A DNA stretch of 64,000 nucleotides from an uncultured Gemmatimonadaceae bacterium. GTDB taxonomy: Bacteria > Gemmatimonadota > Gemmatimonadetes > Gemmatimonadales > Gemmatimonadaceae. Numbering within the stretch: the first letter of the stretch is position 1; each line of letters begins with the position of its first letter. Positions 1 to 10,895 of the stretch are shown here, one piece after another. The translations under genes were made by a program, and so were the position numbers. The notes below the pieces were generated by a model, which saw only the letters and a list, made by a program, of their open reading frames with translations, made no database searches and had not been told where the DNA came from. The DNA lies in the NCBI GenBank assembly GCA_963751275.1, contig CAVVTZ010000009.1, positions 512,001 to 576,000 of the forward strand, written 5' to 3'.

Positions 1-787
1 CGACCTCGTGCTGCATCCGTCGAACCTCTGGCTCACGATCCACGAATCGATCGCCCACCCGACGGAGCTCGATCGCGCGATGGGATACGAAGCCAACTAT
101 GCGGGCACGAGCTTCGTCTCACCGCCGGAGAAGATGCTCGGCAAGTTCAAGTACGGCCCCGAGGTCATGAACATCCAGGGCGACCGCAAGCAGCCCGGCT
201 CGCTCGCGGCGCGATCGGCTGGGACGACGAGGGCGTGCGCCCGACACCTTCGACATCATCAAGGACGGGATCGTGAACGACTACCAGACCACGCGCGAGC
301 AGGCGCTCGTGGCTCGAGTGGTGGTACAAGAAGCAGGGCAAGCCCGGTCGCTCGCACGGCTGCTCGTACGCGCAGATCTGGTCCGACGTGCAGTTCCAGC
401 GCATGCCGAACGTCTCGCTCTTCCCGGGCGAGAAGGATACAGTCGTGGGACGACCTGATCTCGGCGACGGACCACGGCATCGCGATCGTCGGCGACGGAT
501 CGTTCTCGATCGACCAGCAGCGCTACAACGCGCAGTTCGGCGGCCAGTTCTTCTACGAGATCAAGGGCGGCAAGATCACCGGCATGCTCAAGGACGTCGC
601 CTACCAGATCCGGACGCCGGAGTTCTGGGACTCGATGGACATGATCGGCGGCAAGAGCAGCTACCAGCTCGGCGGCGCGTTCGACGACGGCAAGGGGCAG
701 CCCGCGCCAGTCGAACGCGGTGAGCCACGGCTGCGTGCCCTCGCGCTTCAAGCAGGTCAACGTCATCAACACCGGGAGGAAAGCTGA
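1..787 (+). CDS. tldD: TldD/PmbA family metalloprotease (TldD-type), 5'-truncated by window, frameshifted
   Basis: HESIAHxxELDR motif; FQRMPNVSL and SHGCVPSRF segments in alternate frames; close paralog of 2176..3811. Confidence 0.85.
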   Translation, partial: DLVLHPSNLWLTIHESIAHPTELDRAMGYEANYAGTSFVSPPEKMLGKFKYGPEVMNIQGDRKQPGSLAARSAGTTRACARHLRHHQGRDRERLPDHARAGARGSSGGTRSRASPVARTAARTRRSGPTCSSSACRTSRSSRARRIQSWDDLISATDHGIAIVGDGSFSIDQQRYNAQFGGQFFYEIKGGKITGMLKDVAYQIRTPEFWDSMDMIGGKSSYQLGGAFDDGKGQPAPVERGEPRLRALALQAGQRHQHREES

Positions 788-791
788 ACTC

Positions 792-2176
792 ATGACGCCG
801 CGCTCGCTGTACGACTCCCGAGAACGCGCCGCTCTCGCGCGACGAATGCGCAGGCGCTCGCCAAGCGGACGATCGCCTTTTCGAAGGCGGAGCAGGTGCG
901 CGTCACCATCCGCAACGGCTCGCAAGGCAATACGCGCTTCGCCGTCAATCAGGTGAGCACGGCCGGCGACATGAGCGACACGTCAGTCTCCGATGCACGG
1001 TGTCGTTCGGCAAGCGCGCGTCGAGCGCGAGCACCAACAAGCTCGACGACGCCTCCCTCAAGAACCTCGTCGCGCTCTGCCGAGCGACTCGCGCATCTCG
1101 CTCCCGAGGATCCGGAGCTCATGCCGGAGCTTGGGGCCCAGCAGTACGTGCCGGCCGACGGCTGGAGCGCCATCGACGGCCAATCTCGACGCGGCGGGGC
1201 GCGCGGCGGCGGTGCGCAGCGTCGCGACGCCGGCGCTCGATGCCGGCTTGGTCGCCACCGGCTTCATCGAGGCCGACGCCGACGTGCTCTCGGTCGCGAA
1301 CACGAAGGGCCTCTTCGCCTACGGCCGCCTGACCGGCGCGACGATGACGACCACCGTGCGCACCCCGACGGGCGCGGCAGCGGCTGGGCGGGCGCCTCGC
1401 ACTACGGATTCGACCAAGATCGATCCGCGGCGCGCTCGGCGAGCGCGCCGTCGAGAAGGCGCAAGGACTCCGTGGACGCGGTGGCCATCGAGCCGGGCAA
1501 GTACACCGTCGTGCTCGAGACCCGCCGCGGTCGGCAATCTCGTGCAGCTCCTCGGCTTCGCGCTCAACGGGCGCAGCGCCGACGAGGGCCGCAGCTTCTT
1601 CTCCAAGCCGGGCGGCGGCAACAAGATCGGCATGAAGGTGGTGGACGACCGCGTCACGCTCTGGTCGGATCCCGCCGATCCCGACGCGCGCGCGTACCCG
1701 TTCGCTCCCGACGGCCTCGCGATCGTCCAGCACGCCGTGGATCGACCAACGGCGTGTGCACGAATCTCTCGTACGACCGCTACTGGGCGCAGAAGCAGGG
1801 GAAGGAGCCGACGCCGTTCAGCCGCTCGCTGCACATGGCCGGCGGCACGTGCTCGGTCGAGGATCTCGTCGCGTCCACGCAACGCGGCATCCTCGTCACC
1901 CGCTTCTGGTACATCCGCCCCGTGGACCCGCGCACGATGCTGTTCACCGGGCTCACGCGCGACGGCACGTTCCTCATCGAGAACGGGAAGGTGACGCGTC
2001 CGATCAAGAATCTGCGCTTCAACGAATCGCCCGTGTTCATGCTCAACAACCTCGAAGCGATGGGCGAGTCCGTTCGCGTCGCCGCCAGCGAGGACAGCAG
2101 TCCCGGAGCCGCCATCGTCGTCCCGCCGATCAAGGCGCGCGACTTCACGTTCACCAGCCTGAGTGACGCCATCTGA
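792..2176 (+). CDS. TldD/PmbA family protein (TldE/PmbA-type partner), frameshifted
   Basis: [21 protein letters not shown] and [14 protein letters not shown] segments spread across three frames; ATG at 792. Confidence 0.8.
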
Positions 2177-3811
2177 TGACTGACCGCCGAGAATTCCTCA
2201 AACATAGCGCGCAGGTCGCGGCCGCGATCGCCGCCGCCAATGCGTGGAAGGTGACGGGAGGCGCGGGGCAGCTGCTCGCCGCGTCGGCCGCGCCCGCCGC
2301 GCCGCCGCTGCCCGATGCGACCATCAAGGCCCTCATGATGGACGCGCTCAACGCCGCGAAGTCCGCCGGGGCGAGCTAGGCCGATGTGCGCATCGGACGC
2401 CAGCAGCAGAATTTCGTCTTCACGCGCGACGACCATATCAACAACGTCGTGGACACCGATTCGGTGGGCTGCGGCGTGCGCGCCCTCGTCGATGGCGCCT
2501 GGGGCTTCGCCGCCACCCGGAACCTCACGACCCGCCGTCACCGCCGCCGCGAAGGAAGCGGTCGCCATCGCGAAGGCGAACAAGATGGCGCTCGACCGCG
2601 CGGCGGTGCTCGCGCCCGCGCCGGTGCTGCCCAGCGCCATCTGGAAGAGCGCCTACAAGACCGATCCGTGGGACGTCTCGGTGGAAGAGAAGGTCGACCT
2701 GCTCCTCGCGCGAACGCGGACGCACTCAAGACGCCCAGCGTGAAGTACGTGAACTTCAGCGGCCTCTTCTTCGTGAAGGAACAGCGCGACTACGCCAACA
2801 GCGACGGCTCGGTCACCTCCCAGACCGCCATCCGCAGCTGGCCGCTGATGCAGATCACCGCCGTCGCGCCGGATTTCTCGGACTTCCAGAACCGCGGCAA
2901 CGTCGTGCCGCCCCATGGGACGCGGCTGGGAATACGTCCTCGGCGCCGACCTTCCCGGCAACGCGGCCAAGTGGGCCGACGAGGCCGCGCAGAAGCTCAA
3001 GGCGAAGCCGGTGGAGCCGGGCAAGTACGACCTCGTGCTGCACCCGTCGCACCTCTGGCTCACGATCCACGAGTCGATCGGCCATCCCACGGAACTCGAC
3101 CGTGCGCTCGGCTACGAAGCCAACTACGCCGGCACGAGCTTCGTCGCGCCGCCGGAGAAGGTGCTGGGCAAGCTCAAGTACGGGCCCGAGTTCATGAATA
3201 TCCAGGGCGACCGCTCGCAGGAGGGCGGCCTCTCCACGATCGGGTTCGATGATGACGGCGTGAAGCCCAACGACTTCCTCATCATCAAGAACGGCATCTT
3301 CAATGACTACCAGACCACGCGCGAACAGGCGGAGTGGATCAGCTGGTGGTACAAGCAGAACAACACGGAGACGCGCTCGCACGGCTGCTCCTACGCGCAG
3401 GGCTGGGACAACGTCCAGTTCCAGCGCATGCCGAACGTCTCGCTGCTCCCCGGCGAGAAGGACCTGGTGTGGGAGGACCTGATCGCCGCGACCGACAGCG
3501 GCATCGCCATCATCGGCGATGGATCGTTCTCCATCGACCAGCAGCGCTACAATGGCCAGTTCGGCGGCCAGACCGCCTGGGAAGTGAAGGGCGGCAAGAT
3601 CGTCGGCATGCTCAAGGACGTCGCGTACCAAATGCGCACGCCCGATTTCTGGAACAGCATGGACATGATCGGCGGCAAGCGCGGCTATGAACTCGGCGGT
3701 TCCTTCTTCGACGGCAAGGGCCAACCCGGCCAGGTCAACGCCGTGAGCCACGGCGCCGTGCCCTCGCGCTTCAAACAGATCAACGTCATCAACACCGGGA
3801 GAAAAGTATGA
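2176..3811 (+). CDS. tldD: TldD-type metalloprotease with Tat signal; in-frame TAG at 2377 and frameshifts
   Basis: MTDRREFLK twin-arginine N-terminus; HESIGHPTELDR; DGKGQPGQVNAVSHG. Confidence 0.85.
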
Positions 3812-5213
3812 GCCGCCGCACTCGACCCCTCAGCCTGATCGAGCGCGACGCCCCCGCGGAATCGGCCGTGCTCTCGTCGGACGAATCGCAGCGCATCATC
3901 GAACGCTGCACGAAACTGTCGAAGGCGGACAGCATCGAGATCCAACTCGGATCGAACATCACCGGCAATACCCGCTTCGCGGCGAACCAGATGTCCACGT
4001 CGGGCAGCGTGTCCGATGTGCAGCTGGTGGTGCAGAGCAACTATGGGCCGAAGCACGCCGTGGTCGTGACCAACGAATTGTCGGACGACGCGATCGCGGC
4101 CGCTGTCAAGCAGTCCGAAGCCCTCGCCAAGCTCGCGCCGGATGATCCGGAGGCGATGCCGCCGTTGGGCCTGCAGAAGTACCTGCCCGTCGATGCGTGG
4201 TTCGACTCGACGGCCAAGCTGACGCCCACCGACCGCGCGAAGGTCGCCTTGGTCGCTCTGAGCAAGGCGCGCGCCGCGGGCGATCTCATGGCCTCCGGTT
4301 TCCTGCTCACGGGCGCGCAGTCCACGGCGCTCGGGAACAGCAAGGGGATGTTCGCGTACTTCCGCTCGACGAGCGCGAACTATCAGCTCACGGTGCGCAC
4401 GTCCGATGGGTCCGGCTCCGGCTGGGCCGCGCAGGACACGCAGGACTGGGCGCACTTCGATTTCAAGGGCGTCACCGAGCGAGCGACCGAGAAGGCGATG
4501 CTCTCGCGCAGCCCGGTGGCCATCGAGCCGGGCCGCTACACGGTGATCTTCGAGCCGCAGGCCGCCGGCGACCTGATCCAGCTCATCGGCAACCAGGCCG
4601 ACGCGCGCTCCGTCGGACGAAGGACGCAGCCCCTTCTCCAAACAGGGCAAGGACGGCGGCAACAAGATCGGCGAGAAGATCATGGATGAACGCGTCACGA
4701 TCTTCGCCGACCCGCAGGACCCGCAACTCCGCTCGCAACCCTTCGATGGCGACGGTCTGCCCCTCGGCCGCCAGGTGTTCATCAACAAGGGCGTGCTCAA
4801 CGAGCTGTACTACTCGCGCTTCTGGGCGAAGAAGATGAACAAGCCCGCCACCGGCCAGCCGCAGGCCATGAAGAATGGCCGGCTCCACGACCGGCACCAC
4901 GGTGGATGATCTCATCAAGTCCACGCCGCGGGGCATTCTCGTCACGCGGCTCTGGTACCTCCGTCAGGTGGACCCGCGCACCATCCTGTACACGGGCCTC
5001 ACCCGCGATGGCACCTTCCTGATCGAGAACGGCAAGATCAGCAAGTCGATCCGGAATTTCCGCTTCAACGATTCGCCGTTGTTCATGCTCAACAACCTCG
5101 AGATGCTCGGCACCGCCGAGCGGATCGGCGGCACGGAGCAGGGCGGCGACATCGTGATGCCGGCGATCAAGGTGAAGGACTTCAACTTCACGTCGCTGTC
5201 GGAAGCGGTATAA
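3808..5213 (+). CDS. TldE/PmbA-type protein, frameshifted
   Basis: ATGA overlap with tldD; AIEPGRYTVIF and [14 protein letters not shown]; paralog of 792..2176. Confidence 0.8.
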
Positions 5214-5225
5214 GAACCTGTTACA

Positions 5226-5283
5226 CGGGAATCGGGAATCGGGAATCGACAACGCAGTTTCGATTCCCGACTCCCGACTCCCG
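5226..5283. repeat. Inverted pair of (GGGARTC)x3 heptamer repeats
   Basis: cgggaatcgggaatcgggaatcga ... tcgattcccgactcccgactcccg. Confidence 0.8.
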
Positions 5284-5295
5284 AGAAAGAAGAAA

Positions 5296-5325
5296 AGGCC
5301 GGACGAGCAGTCGCTCGTCCGGCCT
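5296..5325. terminator. Probable bidirectional intrinsic terminator
   Basis: 13-bp stem aggccggacgagc/gctcgtccggcct with A-rich and T-rich flanks between convergent genes. Confidence 0.7.
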
Positions 5326-5351
5326 CATTCATTTATGACTGCAGTCGTTCC

Positions 5352-5507
5352 CTACGCTACACGCTTTTTGGTCGTCGGCGCCGGCAGTTCCGGCACTGCG
5401 CTCCACTCATAAGCCCAGAACAACGGCGGAGTCTCGTCGCGGTCTCCATTGGAGATCACAATGCCGAGGGGCTCAGGGGACTGGTGCATCTCTTTGCGTG
5501 CGGCCAT
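5352..5507 (-). CDS. Small hypothetical protein (51 aa)
   Basis: GAGGAG SD upstream of ATG 5507 (MAARKEMHQSPEPLGIVIS...); terminator downstream. Confidence 0.5.
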   Translation of the reverse strand: MAARKEMHQSPEPLGIVISNGDRDETPPLFWAYEWSAVPELPAPTTKKRVA

Positions 5508-5695
5508 GGGAACTCTCCTCGAGGGAAAAGCCCCCGGAACGGTTCGAGGGCTCGCCGAGGTATAAAGCATCCCCCATGCCACGGAACAGCTAATTCGTAT
5601 GTAGTTGTCCTGGCAGTAGTTAGCGTCAGTCCTCAGTCTTCAATCGGCGTCCGCCGTTGCATTAAGACACGTCGCCCCAGCGCGATTCCGTGTCT

Positions 5696-6466
5696 TTACG
5701 CCACCTGTTTGCGGGCGAGGAAAGTCTCCGCACTCGTCCCGCCGCGCTCGATGGAAACATTCCAGCCGCGGTACACCGCACGCAGTTCCTCGATCGGCAC
5801 CAGCCGCACGCCGTGCGCGCTCGTCTCCACGAGGTGCACGCCACCGGCGGTCGTCGCGCTCTGCAGCAGCGCGATCGCGCGGCGCCGCTCATCGTCGGTC
5901 AGGCCGGAGAACGCGGCCGCCGCGCACACCACCGCGTTCAGCGGCATGTCGGGCGACCAGCTCGAGAGGTCCGCCACCAGGCCGCGGATCCGGCTCGTCA
6001 GCCCCACCTCGGCGGCCGCCGCATACACGCGCTCCATCGCTTCCTCTTCGCGGTCCAGCGTCGTCACGTCGCAGCCGTTCGCGGCGAGATAGAGCGTCGG
6101 ACCGTCCGCGCTCGCACCGGCCACGAGGATGTGCCCATCGGGGGAGCGCTTCACTTCGCGCACGAGCGCGCTGTCGGCGCGCATGCCCCAGCGCTCGGGC
6201 CGCTGGAAATCGGCGAGCGCCTTCACGCGCCGTTTGCGCCACGCGTCATAGCTGGGAAGGCGGAGCCGTGCCTTCACGATCCGGTCCACCTCGGCGCAGA
6301 GCAGCAGTTCCGTCAACGCGAGCTGCGCGGCATCCTCGAGCGCCTTCACTGCCTCGTCGCCAATGGCGAGGATCACGCGGCGCGGAACGGACTCCTTATA
6401 GTTCTCGATCTCGCGCTCGACGAAGATCTCGTACTCGTGCTTGAGCGACTGTTGGCGTTGGGCCAT
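5696..6466 (-). CDS. Hypothetical protein with degenerate class I SAM methyltransferase-like C-terminal domain
   Basis: LYLAANGCDVTTLD, VADL, LQSATTAGGVHL resemble TehB-like Rossmann motifs. Confidence 0.6.
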   Translation of the reverse strand: MAQRQQSLKHEYEIFVEREIENYKESVPRRVILAIGDEAVKALEDAAQLALTELLLCAEVDRIVKARLRLPSYDAWRKRRVKALADFQRPERWGMRADSALVREVKRSPDGHILVAGASADGPTLYLAANGCDVTTLDREEEAMERVYAAAAEVGLTSRIRGLVADLSSWSPDMPLNAVVCAAAAFSGLTDDERRRAIALLQSATTAGGVHLVETSAHGVRLVPIEELRAVYRGWNVSIERGGTSAETFLARKQVA

Positions 6467-6537
6467 TAGCACCGCGTGAGGTGTGGGCCGACAAGTCAAG
6501 CTATATCAATCTATTAGCCGCGCAAGAGATTGCGCCG

Positions 6538-7432
6538 CTACGCCGGCTCCACGTGAACGAGCACATCGCTGGCGCCAAACTGTTGCGATACGCGCCGCTC
6601 GACCTCATCGGCGACGACGTGCGCATCCGCCACGCTCGTCGCCGCGCCGACACCGATCGTGATCTCCGCGCTCATCAGCCCCGACGCCAACCGCCGCGAA
6701 CGCGCCGCGCGCACGTCGATCACGCCCGCCACCTCGAGCGCTGCGCGACGCAATTCCTTCGCGTCCACACCGCGCTCATCGACCAGCACCGGCACCGAGC
6801 CGCGCACGATCCGGTAGCCGTTCCACGCGATCACGAGCGCCACGAGGATCGCGAGCGCCGGGTCCACCGCGCCCCAGCCGAATCGCGTGAGCACCAGGGA
6901 GCCGAGCGCCGCCGCCGTGACGTAGATGTCGCTGTTCGTGTGCGCGGCATCGGCGAGCAGGAAGGGACTCGCCAACTCCTCGCCGCGCCGGCGCTCATAG
7001 CGCACCACGAACACGTTCACCGCCATCGTGCCGCCGATCAGCAGCAGCGAGGCGAGCGATGGGCTCTTCGGCTGGTCGCCCGAGATCAGGTGCCGCACCC
7101 CTTCACGCAGCAGCTCGAAGCACGGAGATGGACAGGAATCCAGCGATGCCGAGCGCGCCGAGCGTCTCGAACTTCGCGTGGCCGTACGGGTGGTCCTCGT
7201 CCGGCCCGCGCGCCGCGAGTCCCACCAACGCGATCCCCACCACGTTGTTCAGCAGATCGAGCGATGACTCCAATGCCGCACCGAGCACCGACAGCGCATC
7301 GGTGCGCACGCCGACCACGATCTTCACGCCCACGACGAGTGCGTTGAGCACGAGGATGAGCAGCAGCGTCGAGCGCACCGCGCGCGAGCGCGCGGCGTCG
7401 TCGGGGCGGGGAGCGGTGATGGGCTCGGGCAC
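6538..7432 (-). CDS. Cation diffusion facilitator (FieF-like), frameshift near 7100
   Basis: PDEDHPYGHAKFE, LLADAAHTNSD, HVVADEVE, LVHVEP motifs. Confidence 0.85.
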
Positions 7433-7522
7433 GCGCGAAGTGTGCCGCGGCGGCGGGTGGCGGTCAACTGCGGGCGCGGCCGCGCGGTTGACCTTTGCGC
7501 GCCGGCCGCCGAGCGTTCAGCG

Positions 7523-8302
7523 ATGCCGGAGCTCCCCGAGATCGAGGCGGCCGCGGCGCAGTTGCGCGCGGCATTGCAGGGCGGCACGATCGCGATGATC
7601 GAGGTCGCGCACCCGGCGTTCGCGCGCCGGCTGCCGGCAAGAGCCGCGGGTGCACTCGCCGGCCGCGCCGTGGACGGCGTCGAACGGCGCGGCAAGCACC
7701 AGATCATCCGTCTCGCCGGCGGCGGCGTGGTGCTCGTGCACTTCCGGTTGAACGGCGAATGGGAGGTGGGGCGCGCCGGCGACGCGGTGCCGCGCTTCTC
7801 GCGCGTCGCGATCACGCTCACCAACGGCACGCGCGTGTCGCTCGTGGATTCGCGCGCGCTCTCCACGCTGGAGTTCGCGGCGACCGCCGAGGGGAAGCTG
7901 CCACGCATGGGACCCGAGGCCACGGATGCCGCGTTCACCGCCGACGCGCTCGGCGCCGCGCTCGCGCGGAAGAAGGGCGCGATCAAGCCGGCGCTGCTGG
8001 ACCAGCGCGTCGTGGCGGGGCTCGGCAACATCTACGCGGCGGAGGCATTGTGGCTCGCGCGGATCAGCCCGCTGGCGCCGGCGGCGAAGCTCGGCGCCGC
8101 GCGCCGCGCGCGATTGGTGAGAGCGGTCCGCGACGTGCTGCGCCGTGCGCCGTCCGGGCGCTACTGGATGAGTGACCGCGTCACGAATTGGCGCGTGTAC
8201 GACCGGGAAGGGGACCGCTGCCGCCGCTGCGGCGGGCGGATCCGGCGCATCGCGCAGGCAGGGCGCTCGACGTTCTATTGTTCATCGTGCCAGCGCCGTT
8301 GA
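7523..8302 (+). CDS. mutM: Formamidopyrimidine-DNA glycosylase (Fpg/Nei family)
   Basis: MPELPE N-terminus, RRGK, LLDQ..AGLGNIYA.E, C-terminal CxxC..CxxCQ zinc finger. Confidence 0.9.
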   Translation: MPELPEIEAAAAQLRAALQGGTIAMIEVAHPAFARRLPARAAGALAGRAVDGVERRGKHQIIRLAGGGVVLVHFRLNGEWEVGRAGDAVPRFSRVAITLTNGTRVSLVDSRALSTLEFAATAEGKLPRMGPEATDAAFTADALGAALARKKGAIKPALLDQRVVAGLGNIYAAEALWLARISPLAPAAKLGAARRARLVRAVRDVLRRAPSGRYWMSDRVTNWRVYDREGDRCRRCGGRIRRIAQAGRSTFYCSSCQRR

Positions 8303-8326
8303 ACCGTATCGAACCCGGAGGCCGTC

Positions 8327-8965
8327 GTGCGTAAATGGATCGCTCCGCTGCTGATCGTGGTGAGCGTCGTCTTCACCGCCGCCGTCTACAGCCAGCTGCC
8401 GGACCGCATCGCCACGCATTTTGGCGTGAATGGTCCCGACCGTTGGTCCGGCAAGTTCTTCGGCGCTTGGCTGTTCCCCGCCATCGCCTTCGGCATCTGG
8501 GCGCTTCTCATCACGATCCCGCGCATCGACCCGCACCGCGCGAACTACGCGAAATTCCAGAGCGCATACGACACGATCGTGATCGCGTCGGTGCTCGTCA
8601 CCGTGCTCGTACAGATCGCCGTCCTCGGCTCCGCGCTCGGCTGGCCGATCCGCGTCGAGACCATGGTGCCCCTCGCCGTGGGCGGACTGTTCATCGTGAT
8701 CGGCGAACTCCTGCCGCGCTCGAGTCCCACGTGGTTCTTCGGCATCCGCACGCCGTGGACGTTGTCGAGTGACACCGTCTGGCACCGCACGCACCGGGTG
8801 GGGGGATTCCTGATGATCGTCGCCGGTCTGCTCATCATGAGCCTGGCGTTCCTGCGGTCGCGCGCGGCGGTGTACACGGTGATCGCACTCACCGCGGCGC
8901 TGATCCTGGCGACGGTCCCGTATTCGTATTTCGTGTACCGCTCCGTTGGCGGGAGTGGGAAGTAG
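8327..8965 (+). CDS. DUF1648/SdpI family membrane protein
   Basis: LPDRIATHF, FFGIRTPWTL, WHRTHRVGG; multiple TM helices. Confidence 0.85.
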   Translation: MRKWIAPLLIVVSVVFTAAVYSQLPDRIATHFGVNGPDRWSGKFFGAWLFPAIAFGIWALLITIPRIDPHRANYAKFQSAYDTIVIASVLVTVLVQIAVLGSALGWPIRVETMVPLAVGGLFIVIGELLPRSSPTWFFGIRTPWTLSSDTVWHRTHRVGGFLMIVAGLLIMSLAFLRSRAAVYTVIALTAALILATVPYSYFVYRSVGGSGK

Positions 8966-8978
8966 CAATGCCGAAGTG

Positions 8979-9080
8979 CCTGACAGGATGAACATGATGG
9001 TCATGATGAACGGCCTGCCCGGCTTCGGTGGCATCGCTGCGCGCACGGTACATCATGACCATCATGTTCATCCTGTCAGG
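8979..9080. repeat. Perfect 30-bp inverted repeat with 9-bp internal periodicity
   Basis: 8979-9008 cctgacaggatgaacatgatggtcatgatg is the exact reverse complement of 9051-9080. Confidence 0.9.
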
Positions 9081-9097
9081 GAGTTCGTTCCCACGAA

Positions 9098-10261
9098 CTA
9101 GTCCATCGCCTCCACGAGCGCCCCCTTGAGATATCCCGACTCGGGGATCGTGAGCACCTCGGGATGGTCCAGCGGCTGGCCGCGGACCTCGCGCAGCGCG
9201 ATGCGGCGGCCGCTGTCGGCGGCGGCGCTCTCGAGCATCTCGAGGAAGCCGGCCTTCGAGAGATGGAAGCTGCAGCTCGCCGTGAACATCAACCCGCCGC
9301 GCTCGAGCAGCCGCATGCCGCGCAGGTTGATCTCCTTGTAGCCGCGGATCGCGGCCGGCAGCGCGCTGCGTGATTTCGCGAAGGCCGGCGGATCCAGCAC
9401 GATCGTCTCGTAGCGCGCGCCGGCCTTCTCCTGCGCGCGGAGGAACTCGAACGCGTCCGACTCCACGAAATCAATGTTCGTGAGGCCGTTGCGCTCGGCG
9501 TTCGTGCGCGCCCGCGCGAGCGCGGCGGTGCTCGTGTCGAGCGCCGTGACCCGAGCCGCACGCGTCGCGAGGTGGAGCGCGAACGAGCCATGGTACGCGA
9601 AGCAGTCGAGCGCGCGCCCGCGCGCGAGCGTGCCGATCAGCACGCGGTTCTCGCGCTGGTCCAGGAACGCGCCGGTCTTCTGCCCCTCCCAAGGCGCGGC
9701 GAGATACTTCACGCCGTGCTCGTTCACCTCGATCTCGCGCGGCACGTCGCCGGCGAGCACCGCGGTCTCGCGCGCGAGCCCTTCCTTGTCGCGCACGTGC
9801 GCGTCGTTGCGCGCGAGGATCCCCGCCGGCCGCACGACCTCGGTGAGCGCGCTCACGATCTCCGCACGGTATCGTTCGAGTCCGGCGCTCAGCAGCTGCA
9901 CCACGAGCCACCGGTCGTAGCGGTCCACCACGAGCGACGGACACCCATCGGCCTCGCCGTGCACGACGCGGTACGCGTTCGTCTGGCCCTCCAGCGGCGT
10001 GCGGCGCACCGCCGCCTGCGCGATCCGCGCGCGCCACCACGCCGCATCGATCGTCGCCTGCGGATCGCGGTCGAGGCGCCGCAGCACGATCTCCGACCGC
10101 GGACTCCACAGCGCCCAGCCCAGCACCGCGCCCCCCTTCTCGCGCACGCGCACCGCGCCCGGCGGTTCGCCCGGCTCCGTCACGAGATCGCTGCGGAAGA
10201 TCCACGGATGTCCCGCCGCCCACCGGCGCGCGCCGCGCGCGGACACCACCGCGTCGGTCAC
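9098..10261 (-). CDS. rlmI: RlmI-like SAM-dependent 23S rRNA methyltransferase
   Basis: GHPWIF PUA-like start, GQKTGAFLDQRENR, IVLDPPAF, SCS, YLK. Confidence 0.85.
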   Translation of the reverse strand: MTDAVVSARGARRWAAGHPWIFRSDLVTEPGEPPGAVRVREKGGAVLGWALWSPRSEIVLRRLDRDPQATIDAAWWRARIAQAAVRRTPLEGQTNAYRVVHGEADGCPSLVVDRYDRWLVVQLLSAGLERYRAEIVSALTEVVRPAGILARNDAHVRDKEGLARETAVLAGDVPREIEVNEHGVKYLAAPWEGQKTGAFLDQRENRVLIGTLARGRALDCFAYHGSFALHLATRAARVTALDTSTAALARARTNAERNGLTNIDFVESDAFEFLRAQEKAGARYETIVLDPPAFAKSRSALPAAIRGYKEINLRGMRLLERGGLMFTASCSFHLSKAGFLEMLESAAADSGRRIALREVRGQPLDHPEVLTIPESGYLKGALVEAMD

Positions 10262-10884
10262 GCCGGTCCCTCCATCGCGGCGCGCAAGGCACGCGCCGCC
10301 GCCTCGGGATCGCGCGCGCCCATCACCGCGCGGATCACCGCCACGCCGGCCGCTCCCGCGATCATCGCGGCCGCGGCGTTCCGCGCCTCGATCCCGCCGA
10401 TCGCGACCGCCGGCAGCCGGCAGGCACGCGCCAGCCGCGAGAACGCCACCGGTCCGATCGCGCGCCCCGCATCCGCCTTCGAACTCGTGTCGTACAGCGG
10501 TCCGATCCCCACATAGTCCGCGCCACGCGCGAGCACCACCTCGGCATCGCTCCCCACACTCGCGCCGATGAGGAATCCCGGAGGCACCAATCGCCGCGCC
10601 GCGGCCGCGGGAAGGTCATCCGGTCCCACGTGCACCCCCGCTGCGCCCGCCACCAGCGCCACATCCAGCCGGTCGTTCACCACGAGCGGCACGCCGCGCG
10701 GCAGCGCCACCGCCATCGCGCGCGCCACTTCCACCAGCGAGCGCGCATCCGCATCTTTGAGCCGCAGCTGGATCATCGTCGCGCCGCCGCGCACCGCGGC
10801 CAGCGCGCGCCCGATGAGCCCCGAAGTGCCGTCGCGCAGATCGTCGGTGATCGCCACCAGTCGCAGCGTGTTCGCGTCCATCAC
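10258..10884 (-). CDS. thiE: Thiamine-phosphate synthase
   Basis: IQLRLK, VNDRLDVA, GVHVGPDD, GADYVGIGP, AIGGI. Confidence 0.9.
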   Translation of the reverse strand: MMDANTLRLVAITDDLRDGTSGLIGRALAAVRGGATMIQLRLKDADARSLVEVARAMAVALPRGVPLVVNDRLDVALVAGAAGVHVGPDDLPAAAARRLVPPGFLIGASVGSDAEVVLARGADYVGIGPLYDTSSKADAGRAIGPVAFSRLARACRLPAVAIGGIEARNAAAAMIAGAAGVAVIRAVMGARDPEAAARALRAAMEGPA

Positions 10885-10895
10885 ACCGCCCCGCC

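Noticed and set aside
2377..2379. In-frame TAG in tldD2 as pyrrolysine or recoding
   Set aside because: It is a single site where Tyr or Trp is expected (GASxADVRI), TAG is a normal stop elsewhere in the window, no pyl genes are seen, and the region is error-rich
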